Shown piece after piece: positions 18,961 through 28,637 of a stretch of DNA of 64,000 nucleotides. Below the pieces are notes generated by a model. It ran no database searches and was not told the origin of the DNA. It saw only the letters and a program-made list of their open reading frames with translations. Position 1 is the first letter of the stretch. Every line of letters begins with the position of its first letter. Made by a program: the position numbers and the translations under genes. Source of the stretch: a virus (taxonomy: Duplodnaviria > Caudoviricetes); the IMG/VR virus record IMGVR_UViG_3300037840_000041, positions 1,549 through 65,548 of that record; one strand, given 5' to 3'.

Positions 18961-19403
18961 CGTTGCGCCCCGCGCTCCGTGTGAAACAAGATCACCAGCT
19001 TCGCATTGTGCTCGTCGCCGGATAGGCCGTACAGCACAAGCGCCAGCAAGAACGGGTCGATGCCGAACCATCGCCAGAACGCGAGCTCGTTCATCGAATG
19101 CTGGATGTCGTGATGGCCTCGACAAAGAGGCAACAACCAATGATCGTCCGCAGTCTCGCCGCCACCTAGTTCGCGCTTGCCGTGCAGTTCGCTCGCCGCG
19201 CGGATGTGCGCGGGATCGACCACGCCAAAGAGGAACGGCTTGCGGTCGCCGTTGCGCGCGCCAGGGATAGGTATCGATCGTGCCGGCGAGACACAGCACA
19301 CGCACGGCAGGCGCTTGATGAAGCTCTTGTGGCTTTCGCGGCGCTCGCGCGGCCGGCGGAACGGCTGCAGCTGGAAACCGCCCTCGGGGACAATGCGCGC
19401 CAT
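18957..19403 (-). CDS. DUF968-like / HNH-type zinc nuclease
   Basis: 'LPCVCC...DPAHIR...DD.W.LPLCR.HH..QH' motif. Confidence 0.75.
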   Translation of the reverse strand: MARIVPEGGFQLQPFRRPRERRESHKSFIKRLPCVCCVSPARSIPIPGARNGDRKPFLFGVVDPAHIRAASELHGKRELGGGETADDHWLLPLCRGHHDIQHSMNELAFWRWFGIDPFLLALVLYGLSGDEHNAKLVILFHTERGAQR

Positions 19404-19601
19404 CTACATCTGCCTCCGCTTGATAGTTTCGGCGGATGCGGTGTCAGCGGCTTCCAGTTCGGCAAAAATCTTAATCGCCTGCTCTAGATCGGCGAATGTG
19501 TCGTCGAAAAACAGACGCAAAGCCAAGCTCTGAGCGCTCTCGCCTTCTGGCCATTCCTCCATCATGATTCTGGCCATCTCGGCCGCGCGTTGGGTTGCCA
19601 T
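19404..19601 (-). CDS. Small hypothetical protein, 65 aa
   Basis: ATG 19601 overlapping the Dam-like gene stop. Confidence 0.55.
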   Translation of the reverse strand: MATQRAAEMARIMMEEWPEGESAQSLALRLFFDDTFADLEQAIKIFAELEAADTASAETIKRRQM

Positions 19602-20401
19602 CAGATCGCCATCCTGTATTGCCCGCGCGCGGTGCGCTCGCCGACGCGCTGCAGGATCTTCCGGACCTGCTCGCGCGCAAACTTGCGCCCTTGCGCCTTG
19701 TGATGAAATCGAACTGCCTCCCACACGGCGGCCACCGCCACCGGGCCTTCGGCCTCGGTCAGCACGCCAACGATAAGCTCGCACCATGTGACATCCCGGA
19801 ACGCGGCACCGAGAACGCTGCGGTTCCAGATCAACGGAATGAACTGGCCGGCGATACCGCTGGCCCGAAGGATGTCCGCGTTGTCGTCCCCATAGGCGAT
19901 CAGCGCGGTCGGCCCGCCGGCATTGCCCGGCGCACGGTCGCCCGCCAAGAACGTCTTGCCGCAGGCAGGCCGACCGTTGACCCACTTCAGCTCCGAATAG
20001 CCCTCGCCGATGTGGAAGTGGATGCGGCCGAACATCAGCAGCACCGCGTGCGCGCGTTGCCAGATGGAGCGAACCCACGCCGCGGTCTCTGTGCGCGCGA
20101 AGATCAGCCACGTCCCGTTGCCATGATCAGCCGCGCGCGAAAGCCATGGCTCGATCTCGCCGGTGCCATAGGGCGGATTGCCGAAGACGCGCCATTCCGG
20201 CGGCCACTCTTTCGACAGGCCATCGTCGAGAATTGTATAGGTTCGGAGCGCAGTTGGGTAAGGCTGTTCAATCGGTGCACAAGGATCGAGCCCGTAAGAT
20301 TGCCAGCCGCCTGTCCGCTCGATCGTATCGGGCGGCGTCAACCATTCGACAGTGCGTGACGCTTGGGATTGATGCCCACCGATGCCCTTAGAGTTCGCCA
20401 T
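19601..20401 (-). CDS. Phage N6-adenine DNA methyltransferase (phage Dam-like)
   Basis: 'EWLTPP', 'LDPCA', 'DGL...W..RVFGNPPYG', 'LIFARTET' motifs. Confidence 0.85.
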   Translation of the reverse strand: MANSKGIGGHQSQASRTVEWLTPPDTIERTGGWQSYGLDPCAPIEQPYPTALRTYTILDDGLSKEWPPEWRVFGNPPYGTGEIEPWLSRAADHGNGTWLIFARTETAAWVRSIWQRAHAVLLMFGRIHFHIGEGYSELKWVNGRPACGKTFLAGDRAPGNAGGPTALIAYGDDNADILRASGIAGQFIPLIWNRSVLGAAFRDVTWCELIVGVLTEAEGPVAVAAVWEAVRFHHKAQGRKFAREQVRKILQRVGERTARGQYRMAI

Positions 20402-20780
20402 GGGCCATCCTGTCGCAAAAGTCGTAAAGCGTTTCTATCTGGTCGAACCAGACGACGTCTTCGCCGCCGACCGTGCCGTTCACGGTCCCCTTCATTATTT
20501 CCTCGTAGCCCGCTCGAAGCTTTGCATTTTCTGGAATCAGCTGGCTGACGCGCCGCGCGAGCGCGCAATCGACGCGCCTGATGCGTTCCTCGTCCGGTTT
20601 CTTAAGAGCGGCGAGTTCAGCCTGCAGATCGCTGTGGCGTTTCATGCATCTGGCTAGCGCGTCAGAATATCCTTTGAGTTCGTAGGCTATCCTCGGATGG
20701 CACCACAAGAAAATCCTCACGACTGTAGTCCGGATGATGCCATAGCCGAGAAACCGCGGATCGAGGCGCTCGCCGATCAT
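20388..20780 (-). CDS. Hypothetical protein
   Basis: Overlaps both neighbours. Confidence 0.55.
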   Translation of the reverse strand: MIGERLDPRFLGYGIIRTTVVRIFLWCHPRIAYELKGYSDALARCMKRHSDLQAELAALKKPDEERIRRVDCALARRVSQLIPENAKLRAGYEEIMKGTVNGTVGGEDVVWFDQIETLYDFCDRMAHGEL

Positions 20781-21745
20781 GTTGGAGCCCTTCCATCGCG
20801 CTTGAGGCCTTCAACAATCACTTTAACGGCCTCCTTCCTTTGTCGGTAGAAGGTCTGCCGCTGGACTCCTAATTGCACACACTTTTTCGATATCGGGACG
20901 CCCCACGCGCGCCACATCGATCCAAGGTTCACAAACATCGGAAGATCGGTCGGCAAGCCACTGAGATATCTCGCTGACCACGCCAGCGCATCCTCCATGC
21001 GCCGAACTTCCTCAGTTGATGGTGGGCCTTCTGATCGAATGAGCCGTCCGATGGCCTTGCGCAGCGATCGGTTGCCCGCCTGGGCGACCAGATCGGACAT
21101 CTCGCGGACGATCGCCGGCATGGCGTTGCCGAACTGCCGCGGCCCGCGGTGGCGATCGGCTGTGCGGAACAGCGTCCGGAAGGCCTCGTCCATCCGGGCT
21201 TCGACCAGCTGCTCGGTCCATTCCGGCCCGCGTACCGATGCCCGGGCCACACGGGCCCGCTCAGCGGCCTTGCGTCGGCTGACGGACAGATCATCATCTG
21301 TCCGGACAATCGCCCTTGTGGCGAACGCTGAGGGCGCACTGGCGGCCTCGGCAATCTGTTCGGCGGTCAGTTCGGGGACTTCCTCGGGCAACGGCGCCAG
21401 CACATCGTCCGGATCGATATCGGCGCGCCGGCCCGTCGCCGCATCAAGCGGCCACTGGCGTTCCTTGAGCCGTTCCTCGATCCGCCGCTTCTGCCGACCA
21501 GCACGCTTTTGCGGCGGCAGATGTGTATCGGTCGTCAGCCAGGCGGTTGCCTTCTGGTCGGGCGCAGGCTTGGGCGGCGGCAACTTCCGGCTGGCGAGCT
21601 TGCGCGCGCGGGCGGCTTCACGTAGCGCCTTGGCCTCGGCCTTTCGGCGACGACGATCTTCCCGCGCGTTTTTCAGTTCGCGCTTGGCATCTTCCGTTGG
21701 TGGTGTCCGTTCGACCATTTCCATTTCCGCATCGCTCCCTATCAT
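20777..21745 (-). CDS. DUF6362-like putative late transcription regulator with C-terminal HTH
   Basis: 'WT...VEAR..EAFRTL', 'PPS..EV.RME.AL.W', C-terminal 'LGVQRQTFYRQR..A'. Confidence 0.6.
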   Translation of the reverse strand: MIGSDAEMEMVERTPPTEDAKRELKNAREDRRRRKAEAKALREAARARKLASRKLPPPKPAPDQKATAWLTTDTHLPPQKRAGRQKRRIEERLKERQWPLDAATGRRADIDPDDVLAPLPEEVPELTAEQIAEAASAPSAFATRAIVRTDDDLSVSRRKAAERARVARASVRGPEWTEQLVEARMDEAFRTLFRTADRHRGPRQFGNAMPAIVREMSDLVAQAGNRSLRKAIGRLIRSEGPPSTEEVRRMEDALAWSARYLSGLPTDLPMFVNLGSMWRAWGVPISKKCVQLGVQRQTFYRQRKEAVKVIVEGLKRDGRAPT

Positions 21746-22443
21746 AGGTCCAAATTTTCCTGGCGCATCGGCCTCGGCGCTTCGATGAACAAATCCGGCC
21801 GCGCCAGCGCGTCGGCGATGCGGCGGCAGGCGACCTCAAAATACTTCGGCACGATCTCGATGCCGATGAACTTGCGGCCTAGTTTGACGGCGGCAACGCC
21901 CGTGGTGCCGGAGCCCATGAAGGGGTCGAGGATCAGAGTCGCAGTGGGGGGTAGGAGCTTTATACACCATCGCATCAAGTCGACCGGCTTTTGAGTCGGA
22001 CACCAGCGCTCTTTGCCGCCGCCTTTCTCACTCGCTTTGCAGATGCCTTTCCACAAATGCGAGAAGATGCGATCTTTACCGCGCCCTTTTTGCCAAGCGA
22101 ACTCGACATCGGAGAAACTATCGAACGCTTCCATCCCGGCTAACTTATCCCACGCGAGCCAACAGCCGTGAGGCAAGCGCGACGCATAATGATTGCCTCC
22201 CCACAAGATGACCTCTTCAAAGTCCAAAAATGGCGCGGGATCGAAGGGCTCGGTGTCACCCTCGATTGCTTCAATATTCCTAACGTGGTGTTTGCCCTTG
22301 CCGCCTGATCCTTTGCTGTAGCCAATCCCATATGGCGGATCAGTCACCACGGCATCGACCTTGCCAAGATCAGGCAATATCTCCCGGCAATCTCCGAGGT
22401 AAAGCGTAACGCCTTCGGCGAGATGTTCGACGCGCGGGTTCAT
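21742..22443 (-). CDS. Amino (N6A/N4C) DNA methyltransferase, beta class
   Basis: Motif IV TDPPYG before motif I LDPFMGSGTTG; PTQKP motif. Confidence 0.92.
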   Translation of the reverse strand: MNPRVEHLAEGVTLYLGDCREILPDLGKVDAVVTDPPYGIGYSKGSGGKGKHHVRNIEAIEGDTEPFDPAPFLDFEEVILWGGNHYASRLPHGCWLAWDKLAGMEAFDSFSDVEFAWQKGRGKDRIFSHLWKGICKASEKGGGKERWCPTQKPVDLMRWCIKLLPPTATLILDPFMGSGTTGVAAVKLGRKFIGIEIVPKYFEVACRRIADALARPDLFIEAPRPMRQENLDL

Positions 22444-24971
22444 CAGAATACACTCCTCGGCGGACCGCCAAAATCATCCTCGGTTTCGCCCGGCGCCAGG
22501 ATCGGCTTCGCTGCCGGCTTAGCTCTAGCGATGGGCGGCCACTGCAAGCCCTTGCCGTAGACTCGCTTTCCGGTCGGCCAGACATAATGAAGCATCCTCG
22601 GTTTCGGATCAGTGTCAGTCGGGTCGACCATCGAGGCAACGCCGATCACCCGGTATGGGCGAAGGTCTTCGCGGAAGCGGCGCGTCCGCGCCTTGATCCG
22701 ATTCCGATATTGTTCCTTCGTCTCGTCAAGTTCCTGCGGGTCGCTTTTTTTGTATTCGTTTCCAAGATCAGCCCACTGCACAACCCGCGTCACGCTCTGC
22801 GGCAGTTTCAGCGCGGCAGGCGGCGGCGTGCCCATTTCGTCGATCGCGCTGAGCAGCGCCTGGAACACCGCAGCATGGTTGACTGTCAGTGCGAAACCTT
22901 CCGGTCGGTCTTTGCGATTTGATGCCCCGGCCTCAGCTGCGGCGGTGGCGCTGACTGGATCGACAGAGACCATCGACGAGATATCGTCGCCATCTTCGTC
23001 GACGCCGATCACGACGCGATGAAGCACAAAATCAAACCTCAGGGTGTCATCGCCGTCGCGAACCTTGTCCGTGCTGATGCGGCGGACGACGCGGCCCTCA
23101 TCGTCGCGCCGTTCCACTTGTTTCTTTTCATCGGAGTAGGACCGCTTGATCAGCAGGGCAACGTCGATGCCGTTAAAAAACTGCTCGTTGCCGCGGTGGC
23201 GGCCTTCCTGATTCGTATGGCCGACAATCCACAGCGGGCAGGTGGTGCCATCGCGAACGGCGCTGTAATTGGTCTGGATGCGCGCCACATCTTCGCTCTT
23301 GATCTCGCTCGAGCCGCGCGTTGCCGCGTTGTGGGTATCGATCACCGAATGCGAAAGCGGCAGCTTGAAATTGCGGGATATCTCGACGATCTCGGCGGCA
23401 ACGCCCTTGGCGTCGTCTTCGCTGGCGTACAAACCCGGCGGCCGCGTCAGCCAGGCGAATGAATGAAGATCGGCGTGCGTCAACCCGTGGTATTGCATAT
23501 AGGCACGCAGCCGGTTCTCGAATCCTTCGGAGCCCTCATAGGTCAGATAGACAATCCCGCCAGCTTCGACTCGGCGGCCGCCGTAGTCTTTCCCGAAGTG
23601 AACATGCATGCACATGTTCAACGTCTCGAAGGTCTTGCCCGACTTGGTCGGCCCCATGATGAGCGTATCGATGTTTCGCGGGACCAAAAATTTTATTCGC
23701 CATGGGAACTGCCGGGCCGGCGCGTTCAGGTCGCGCGCGGTCTTCGCGCCATATCTCGACTTATAAGGCTCTGGCACCCACGGCTTCAGCGAGTCGACGA
23801 TCTCCAGCAATCTCGCACGATCACCAGCTGCACCATCGCGCCAGTCCTTCACGTCGCCCCGCTCCGGACACGACGGCCAGATTGTTTTGAAATTCAGCAC
23901 GCGGACATTGCAGCCGCGATCTTTCAGCATCGGCGCGACCTTCGCGGTGCGCTCGGCCCCGGCACGCTTGCCGGTCTTTGGATGGGGCGGGTCGTTGTCC
24001 TCAAGGATCACAACGTCGGCAGCGCCGCGGAAAAACTCTGCCATGTCGGTCGAGAAATTGCCGGCGCCGCCGGTGTTCGATACCGCGAGCAATCCCCATT
24101 CTTTCAAAACGTCGACGTTGCCTTCACCTTCAGGCAGAAAAACAATGCGCTGATCTTCCGGCGGCTCTTGTATCTCGTCGATCACGTCGTTCGCGTTGTA
24201 AAGCCAGTGATCGACATTGCCGGCCGCTTCGAATGTCCGCAACTCGTAGCCGCCCGTGGCCTTCTTCTCGTCGTCCGCACGGACCCAATCGCCGTCCTTC
24301 CGCCAGCGCAGAAATTCAAACGGCTGGCCGGTCTTCCGATCAATGAAGTCGAGAGCCCAAACGAACGTCCCATCATTGTCAGGTGATGGTCGGCGCTGAC
24401 TCGGCTTCTTGAAGATCTTGCCGTTTTTATTTACCGCCCACGAGCCGTCCGCGAGCCTTTTTTGGAAGCGGACCGTTTGGTAGAGGACCGAATTGTCCGG
24501 CGCTTTGATGTCCCAGACTTGGACGATCTCGAGCTTTCCATCTGGCGGTGAAGCTTGCGCTCCATCACCGCTTTGAGGCCGATCTTCTCTAGGCGCGTCA
24601 AAATGTTCGCTTGCGCCGTTTCCAGATTTCCGACCTTGCGATTTTCCGCTTGAACCAGTTGAAGATGTAGATCGACCAGGTCGGCTTCTGAGTACGACGC
24701 CAGCCTCCTGCGCGAGGGTTTCGATCGCCGCGACTTTCGTGAGACCTGCGTACCTCTCGACGAAGTCGAAAACATCGCCTGCTTTTTCGCCGCCATTGCC
24801 GAAGTCCTTCCATATCTGTTTTGAATTGTTGACCGTGAACGACGGGTTGTCCGCTACGACATACTCACTGCCGCGCTTCACCAACTTGAAGGTGCGCCCG
24901 ACCACATCGGACAGCGTGAGCCGATTTTTTATCTCCTGAAGCTGTTCCCTGTTGGCGTCGAATGCCATCAA
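22443..24971 (-). CDS. Primase-helicase (DnaG-like N-terminus, Toprim, RepA/AAA_25 SF4 helicase)
   Basis: 'PSFTV....+KDFG....GDVFDFV', Toprim 'EGE...D' and 'ILEDND', Walker A GPTKSGKT, Walker B VIDT, 'VGHT...RG'. Confidence 0.88.
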   Translation of the reverse strand: MMAFDANREQLQEIKNRLTLSDVVGRTFKLVKRGSEYVVADNPSFTVNNSKQIWKDFGNGGEKAGDVFDFVERYAGLTKVAAIETLAQEAGVVLRSRPGRSTSSTGSSGKSQGRKSGNGASEHFDAPREDRPQSGDGAQASPPDGKLEIVQVWDIKAPDNSVLYQTVRFQKRLADGSWAVNKNGKIFKKPSQRRPSPDNDGTFVWALDFIDRKTGQPFEFLRWRKDGDWVRADDEKKATGGYELRTFEAAGNVDHWLYNANDVIDEIQEPPEDQRIVFLPEGEGNVDVLKEWGLLAVSNTGGAGNFSTDMAEFFRGAADVVILEDNDPPHPKTGKRAGAERTAKVAPMLKDRGCNVRVLNFKTIWPSCPERGDVKDWRDGAAGDRARLLEIVDSLKPWVPEPYKSRYGAKTARDLNAPARQFPWRIKFLVPRNIDTLIMGPTKSGKTFETLNMCMHVHFGKDYGGRRVEAGGIVYLTYEGSEGFENRLRAYMQYHGLTHADLHSFAWLTRPPGLYASEDDAKGVAAEIVEISRNFKLPLSHSVIDTHNAATRGSSEIKSEDVARIQTNYSAVRDGTTCPLWIVGHTNQEGRHRGNEQFFNGIDVALLIKRSYSDEKKQVERRDDEGRVVRRISTDKVRDGDDTLRFDFVLHRVVIGVDEDGDDISSMVSVDPVSATAAAEAGASNRKDRPEGFALTVNHAAVFQALLSAIDEMGTPPPAALKLPQSVTRVVQWADLGNEYKKSDPQELDETKEQYRNRIKARTRRFREDLRPYRVIGVASMVDPTDTDPKPRMLHYVWPTGKRVYGKGLQWPPIARAKPAAKPILAPGETEDDFGGPPRSVF

Positions 24972-26086
24972 GCACCTTTGCGAGAGCGTGGCCGCTCGAT
25001 TCTATTCTTGGCGATGGCCACATATTTCGCGCTCAATTCTATCAACGTGGATTTTCGACCGGTTGCGGCTGCGACGACTCCCACGGTGCACGAGCCGCCG
25101 AACGGATCGAGAACCCTGCCGCCTTCTGGACACCCAGCCTTGATGCACTTGGCCACAAGCGCTTCCGGGAACGTAGCAAAGTGAGCGGCCCTGTATGCTT
25201 GCGTCGGTATCGACCACACGTTGCGGCTATTGCGCGTCTTCAATAAATGACCGCTGATAGCTTCGTGAAACGAAGCGTTCGCCCGGATGCCGCTGCGCGG
25301 CTTCGCTGATTTTGGCGATACACCGGGCGCCAACTTTCTGGCTACTGGCACGCGGTCAATCAACATTCGGCTGTTTCGCCCAACCGACGACCTTGGATGG
25401 GTGTTCGGACTTACAGGCTCGGCAATCGCGCGCGCGTTATAAAAATATCGCTCGCATTTTGTGAGCAGCCAAACCTTCTCGTGCGCAACGGCTGGCCGAT
25501 CCATGATTGATTCCGGCATCGCGTTGGGTTTGTGCCAGATGATCTCGCTGCGAATCCACCAGCCATCATCCTGCAGGGCGATAGCCAGTCGGTTTGAAAT
25601 CATGCACAGGTCTTTTGGTTTCAGATAATCGCCAGCGACCACACGACCGCCGCTGTCAATACGGCACTGCCGATCGGCAGCAACAAACTTCCCGCGCGGC
25701 GTACTGTGCATCGGCTCATAGATCGGGCCGACGGTTGAAAACGGCTTGTCTCGGAACGTTCGGTCATCATTTCCCTTGGCCTTCGTGTCCTGCGCGCTTC
25801 GGCCGTTCGGCGCAGCAGCGTAGCAATCACCGTAGTTGAGCCATAGCGTCCCCTCGGGCTTGAGAACACGTCTAACCTCGCGCAGAACTTCCACGAGCGC
25901 TGCGATATGATCGAACAGCGTGCGCTCCGATCCCATTTGCCCGCGGATGCCGTAGTCCCTCAGCCCCCAATATGGTGGCGATGTGACGCAGCAATCGAAG
26001 GAGTTGTCGTCCATACATCGCAACGCGTCTAAGGCGTCCCCTGTTATTATCTCGACCGCGCCACCGCGTAAAAGAATGCGCTTCAC
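24968..26086 (-). CDS. Amino (probably N4C) DNA methyltransferase, beta class
   Basis: Start refined to GTG 26086; TSPPYWGLRDY, IIWHKPN.MPES..DR, HFATFP, LDPFGGS. Confidence 0.9.
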   Translation of the reverse strand: MKRILLRGGAVEIITGDALDALRCMDDNSFDCCVTSPPYWGLRDYGIRGQMGSERTLFDHIAALVEVLREVRRVLKPEGTLWLNYGDCYAAAPNGRSAQDTKAKGNDDRTFRDKPFSTVGPIYEPMHSTPRGKFVAADRQCRIDSGGRVVAGDYLKPKDLCMISNRLAIALQDDGWWIRSEIIWHKPNAMPESIMDRPAVAHEKVWLLTKCERYFYNARAIAEPVSPNTHPRSSVGRNSRMLIDRVPVARKLAPGVSPKSAKPRSGIRANASFHEAISGHLLKTRNSRNVWSIPTQAYRAAHFATFPEALVAKCIKAGCPEGGRVLDPFGGSCTVGVVAAATGRKSTLIELSAKYVAIAKNRIERPRSRKGA

Positions 26087-26982
26087 GAAAGCTCCCTCAA
26101 GCAAAACCCCATTTTCGGAATTTCTTTCATCTGAAGGCCGATGCTGACAAGCTTCGGGTTTAACACCGAGACCATGCCGATCAGAAAATCACGCGCCGGG
26201 ATTCCGGGCTGGCGCTCGTTCTTAAACGCGTGGCCCATCAATCGGCTGTAATCGAGGAATCCGCTGTCGATGATCACGCCCAGCGCGCTGACGACGCGCC
26301 ACTCCTTGTTGAGCAATTTGATCTCGCGGCCCTTGTGTTCGAAATGCCGTTCGCCGTTCGACGCGGCGGCAATCGGTGCTGGCGGCTTTGCCGCGTTCGG
26401 CGCTTTCTTCTCGGCCACCGACACGCTCGGCACCGCGCCCGCCGCCTTTGGCAGGCCGTATCGTTCATGCGGCAGCTTTTCGATCACGCCAGTCTTGGCC
26501 GCGTAGAACAGCGCCGAGGTCCAGGCCGGTGGCGCCGAGGGCCAGTATTTTTCGCGCACGAAAGCCAAGATGCCGGGTCCAGTCAGCGGGGTTCCCGCAG
26601 CGCTGATCGCCTCGACCGCCAGATCGGAATTTGACGGGATGCCCTCGGGACGGCCCTTGCTTGGCCGGCCACCCATGTTGGGCCTTTCCTGCGCGGCGGG
26701 CGCGGTGCTGGGCGCTCCAGCCGGCTTTGGGGCTACCGAAGCCGGCTTTAGCTCAGGGCGCGCCGGCGGCGCTACGGCCGCATGTGGCGGGGCCTTTCGC
26801 GGCGGCTCCAGCAGCTTTGACGGCTCTTCGCGGAGCATATCCCCAACCTTCGTCAGAATTTCCGCCCGGGCATCCGCGACGCCGCGCTGATATTCGGCCT
26901 GCATGAGCTTGATGAGATCGTCAAATCCGATGGCGTTGCAGATTTTTTCGAACAGGTCGTCATCGTCAGGGTTATCGGTCAT
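26083..26982 (-). CDS. Putative DNA-binding protein with two winged-helix domains (C-terminal one OmpR/CtrA-like)
   Basis: C-terminus 'GREIKLLNKEWRVVSAL...L.PKL..IGLQMKEIPKMGFCLRE' follows the OmpR/PhoB effector pattern; no receiver domain. Confidence 0.55.
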   Translation of the reverse strand: MTDNPDDDDLFEKICNAIGFDDLIKLMQAEYQRGVADARAEILTKVGDMLREEPSKLLEPPRKAPPHAAVAPPARPELKPASVAPKPAGAPSTAPAAQERPNMGGRPSKGRPEGIPSNSDLAVEAISAAGTPLTGPGILAFVREKYWPSAPPAWTSALFYAAKTGVIEKLPHERYGLPKAAGAVPSVSVAEKKAPNAAKPPAPIAAASNGERHFEHKGREIKLLNKEWRVVSALGVIIDSGFLDYSRLMGHAFKNERQPGIPARDFLIGMVSVLNPKLVSIGLQMKEIPKMGFCLRELS

Positions 26983-27224
26983 CGCTTCGCCCTTGGTTTG
27001 TCGGCCGCTGTAACCCGTTCCAATTCCTGTCGCTCAAGCCATTCGAGCAAATTCTTTAGATCGCACATCACCGCGTACTCTCGTTTCCAGCCCGGCAGCA
27101 CTGATGCCGGATCCATCGACTCGCGCGCCTGAAAAGACCGCATCCGTTCCTGAATGAACGCGAACATGCGATCGCGCGGCGGCCCTGCCATCTCCCACCA
27201 ATTGAGTTCGGTCGCGTCAGCCAC
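26979..27224 (-). CDS. Hypothetical protein
   Basis: Overlaps both neighbours. Confidence 0.6.
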   Translation of the reverse strand: MADATELNWWEMAGPPRDRMFAFIQERMRSFQARESMDPASVLPGWKREYAVMCDLKNLLEWLERQELERVTAADKPRAKR

Positions 27225-27741
27225 GAAGCTCCGTCTCCCAATGAAAGAGCGCGATCAGCATCGCCTCAGCGCGGTCAGCGGTGTTTTTGAATTTCAGAAA
27301 CGGAGCCATGCATGGCCATTTCTGCAATGCTAACTGCCGAGCCTGTTCCTTGCCTTCTAAACCGCCCCGGAGTTTGAAATGTTTTTTCCATCGTGCCGGC
27401 GGGACGACCGCCGTAGGGATGTTGAACAGAAGCGGGATGGCCTTCAGGACCTTGTACGTTCCGCCGAACGCAAAAGCGCTTGTCGCGCCCATCGAACGGC
27501 GCTCGCCGGTTTTCTTGTCCGGGATCGATGGCATCGGGGTGACTTGCTCGATGATCGCGGAGTCCGGCTGCATCTGCAGCATCCAGTCGCGGAAATTCAG
27601 CGCGTCGATTTCGCGCTGCTTGTCAGCGCCGATGGTTGGAAGGTCGATCAATCCTCCCGGTTCTACGGGCACAACTGCGCCACAGACGAACAGGCAGGAA
27701 CTCCCATTGATTCCCGGATCGATGGCAAGAAGCCGATGCAT
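27217..27741 (-). CDS. RuvC-like Holliday junction resolvase
   Basis: 'LAIDPG..G', 'IIEQV', 'SAFAFG', 'V.P..WKK', 'DRAEA.LIA'. Confidence 0.85.
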   Translation of the reverse strand: MHRLLAIDPGINGSSCLFVCGAVVPVEPGGLIDLPTIGADKQREIDALNFRDWMLQMQPDSAIIEQVTPMPSIPDKKTGERRSMGATSAFAFGGTYKVLKAIPLLFNIPTAVVPPARWKKHFKLRGGLEGKEQARQLALQKWPCMAPFLKFKNTADRAEAMLIALFHWETELRG

Positions 27742-27748
27742 GGCGGCC

Positions 27749-28279
27749 TCAATGCGGCTTGTGTTCGGGTCCGCGCCCGATTTTATTCAACGCGTCGTTC
27801 TTGATCTTCTCGACGGCATCTTCTGCGGCGCTGGCGCCTGGCTGACGAAGATGCGACGGTCGCGGGTCAGGTTCGCCGTCTTCGTCCTTGCCGCGCGGGA
27901 CACCATTGACGTCCTTCGCGCCGACCTCACCGACTCCGAACATCCGCCCCTGCAGATTTGCGTGCTCGTCGAGTTTGAAAAATTCCCGCAGCTTGTCGAA
28001 GTTCGCGAGATAGGCCGCGAGCTTTTCGGATGCGATGGATTGATTTTTTGCTTTTCGGAACGCGTCGGCGAGCTTCTTTACATCCTTGAAGGCCGACAGA
28101 TTGAGATGCTTGCCTTTGGCGACCTTGGCGGCATCCTTGTAGACATCATTCGCCTCGTCGACGGTTTCCTTCGCCAGATCATACGCCGAATTAAAAACCT
28201 TGATCGTAACATCGGCCGGCGTGCGAATCTCTTTGCCGCTCGGCTGCTGATCTGATTCGACGGTGGATCGCTTTGGCAT
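27749..28279 (-). CDS. GapR/DUF2312-like nucleoid-associated protein (diverged, C-terminally extended)
   Basis: 'E.N.V.KD..K.AK...LN..AFK.V.KL......EK' helical pattern resembles GapR; first gene of the leftward operon; GGAG RBS. Confidence 0.5.
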   Translation of the reverse strand: MPKRSTVESDQQPSGKEIRTPADVTIKVFNSAYDLAKETVDEANDVYKDAAKVAKGKHLNLSAFKDVKKLADAFRKAKNQSIASEKLAAYLANFDKLREFFKLDEHANLQGRMFGVGEVGAKDVNGVPRGKDEDGEPDPRPSHLRQPGASAAEDAVEKIKNDALNKIGRGPEHKPH

Positions 28280-28300
28280 GGTGGTCTCCCTGAAAGGTGC

Positions 28301-28332
28301 CAGCCCCGAGCCGGGCTGGTGGCCCGGGGCTG
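28301..28332. other. GC-rich hairpin in the leader of the leftward operon
   Basis: CAGCCCCG/CGGGGCTG stem extended by GCC/GGC. Confidence 0.5.
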
Positions 28333-28637
28333 ACTATTGCCTGCAACGCGGTTGCGCCAACGTCGCATCGGCAATTCATGTTTCGAGGGGTGTGATGGTG
28401 CGCAACCTCACTGACCGGAATCGGTCGGCGCCTGTCATGCGCCTGATATATTTTTCCGTCAAGGCGGTATTTCTGTTTTGCGATTCGGGCGACGGAAGAG
28501 CGCGCCTTACGCGCGCGTGCTCTATCTAGCAGTTGAGCAAGCTGAGATACTGTAAGGTAAACGCGCCTATAGAGGCGCTTACCGCTCTTTCTTTCAAATG
28601 CCGCGCGCGAAAGAAATTGGCGATATTTATTTTTGCG

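Noticed and set aside
25080-25115. SAM-binding motif reads DPFGGSCT rather than DPFGGSGT, suggesting a pseudogene
   Set aside because: The frame and all other motifs are intact; one substitution does not establish inactivation
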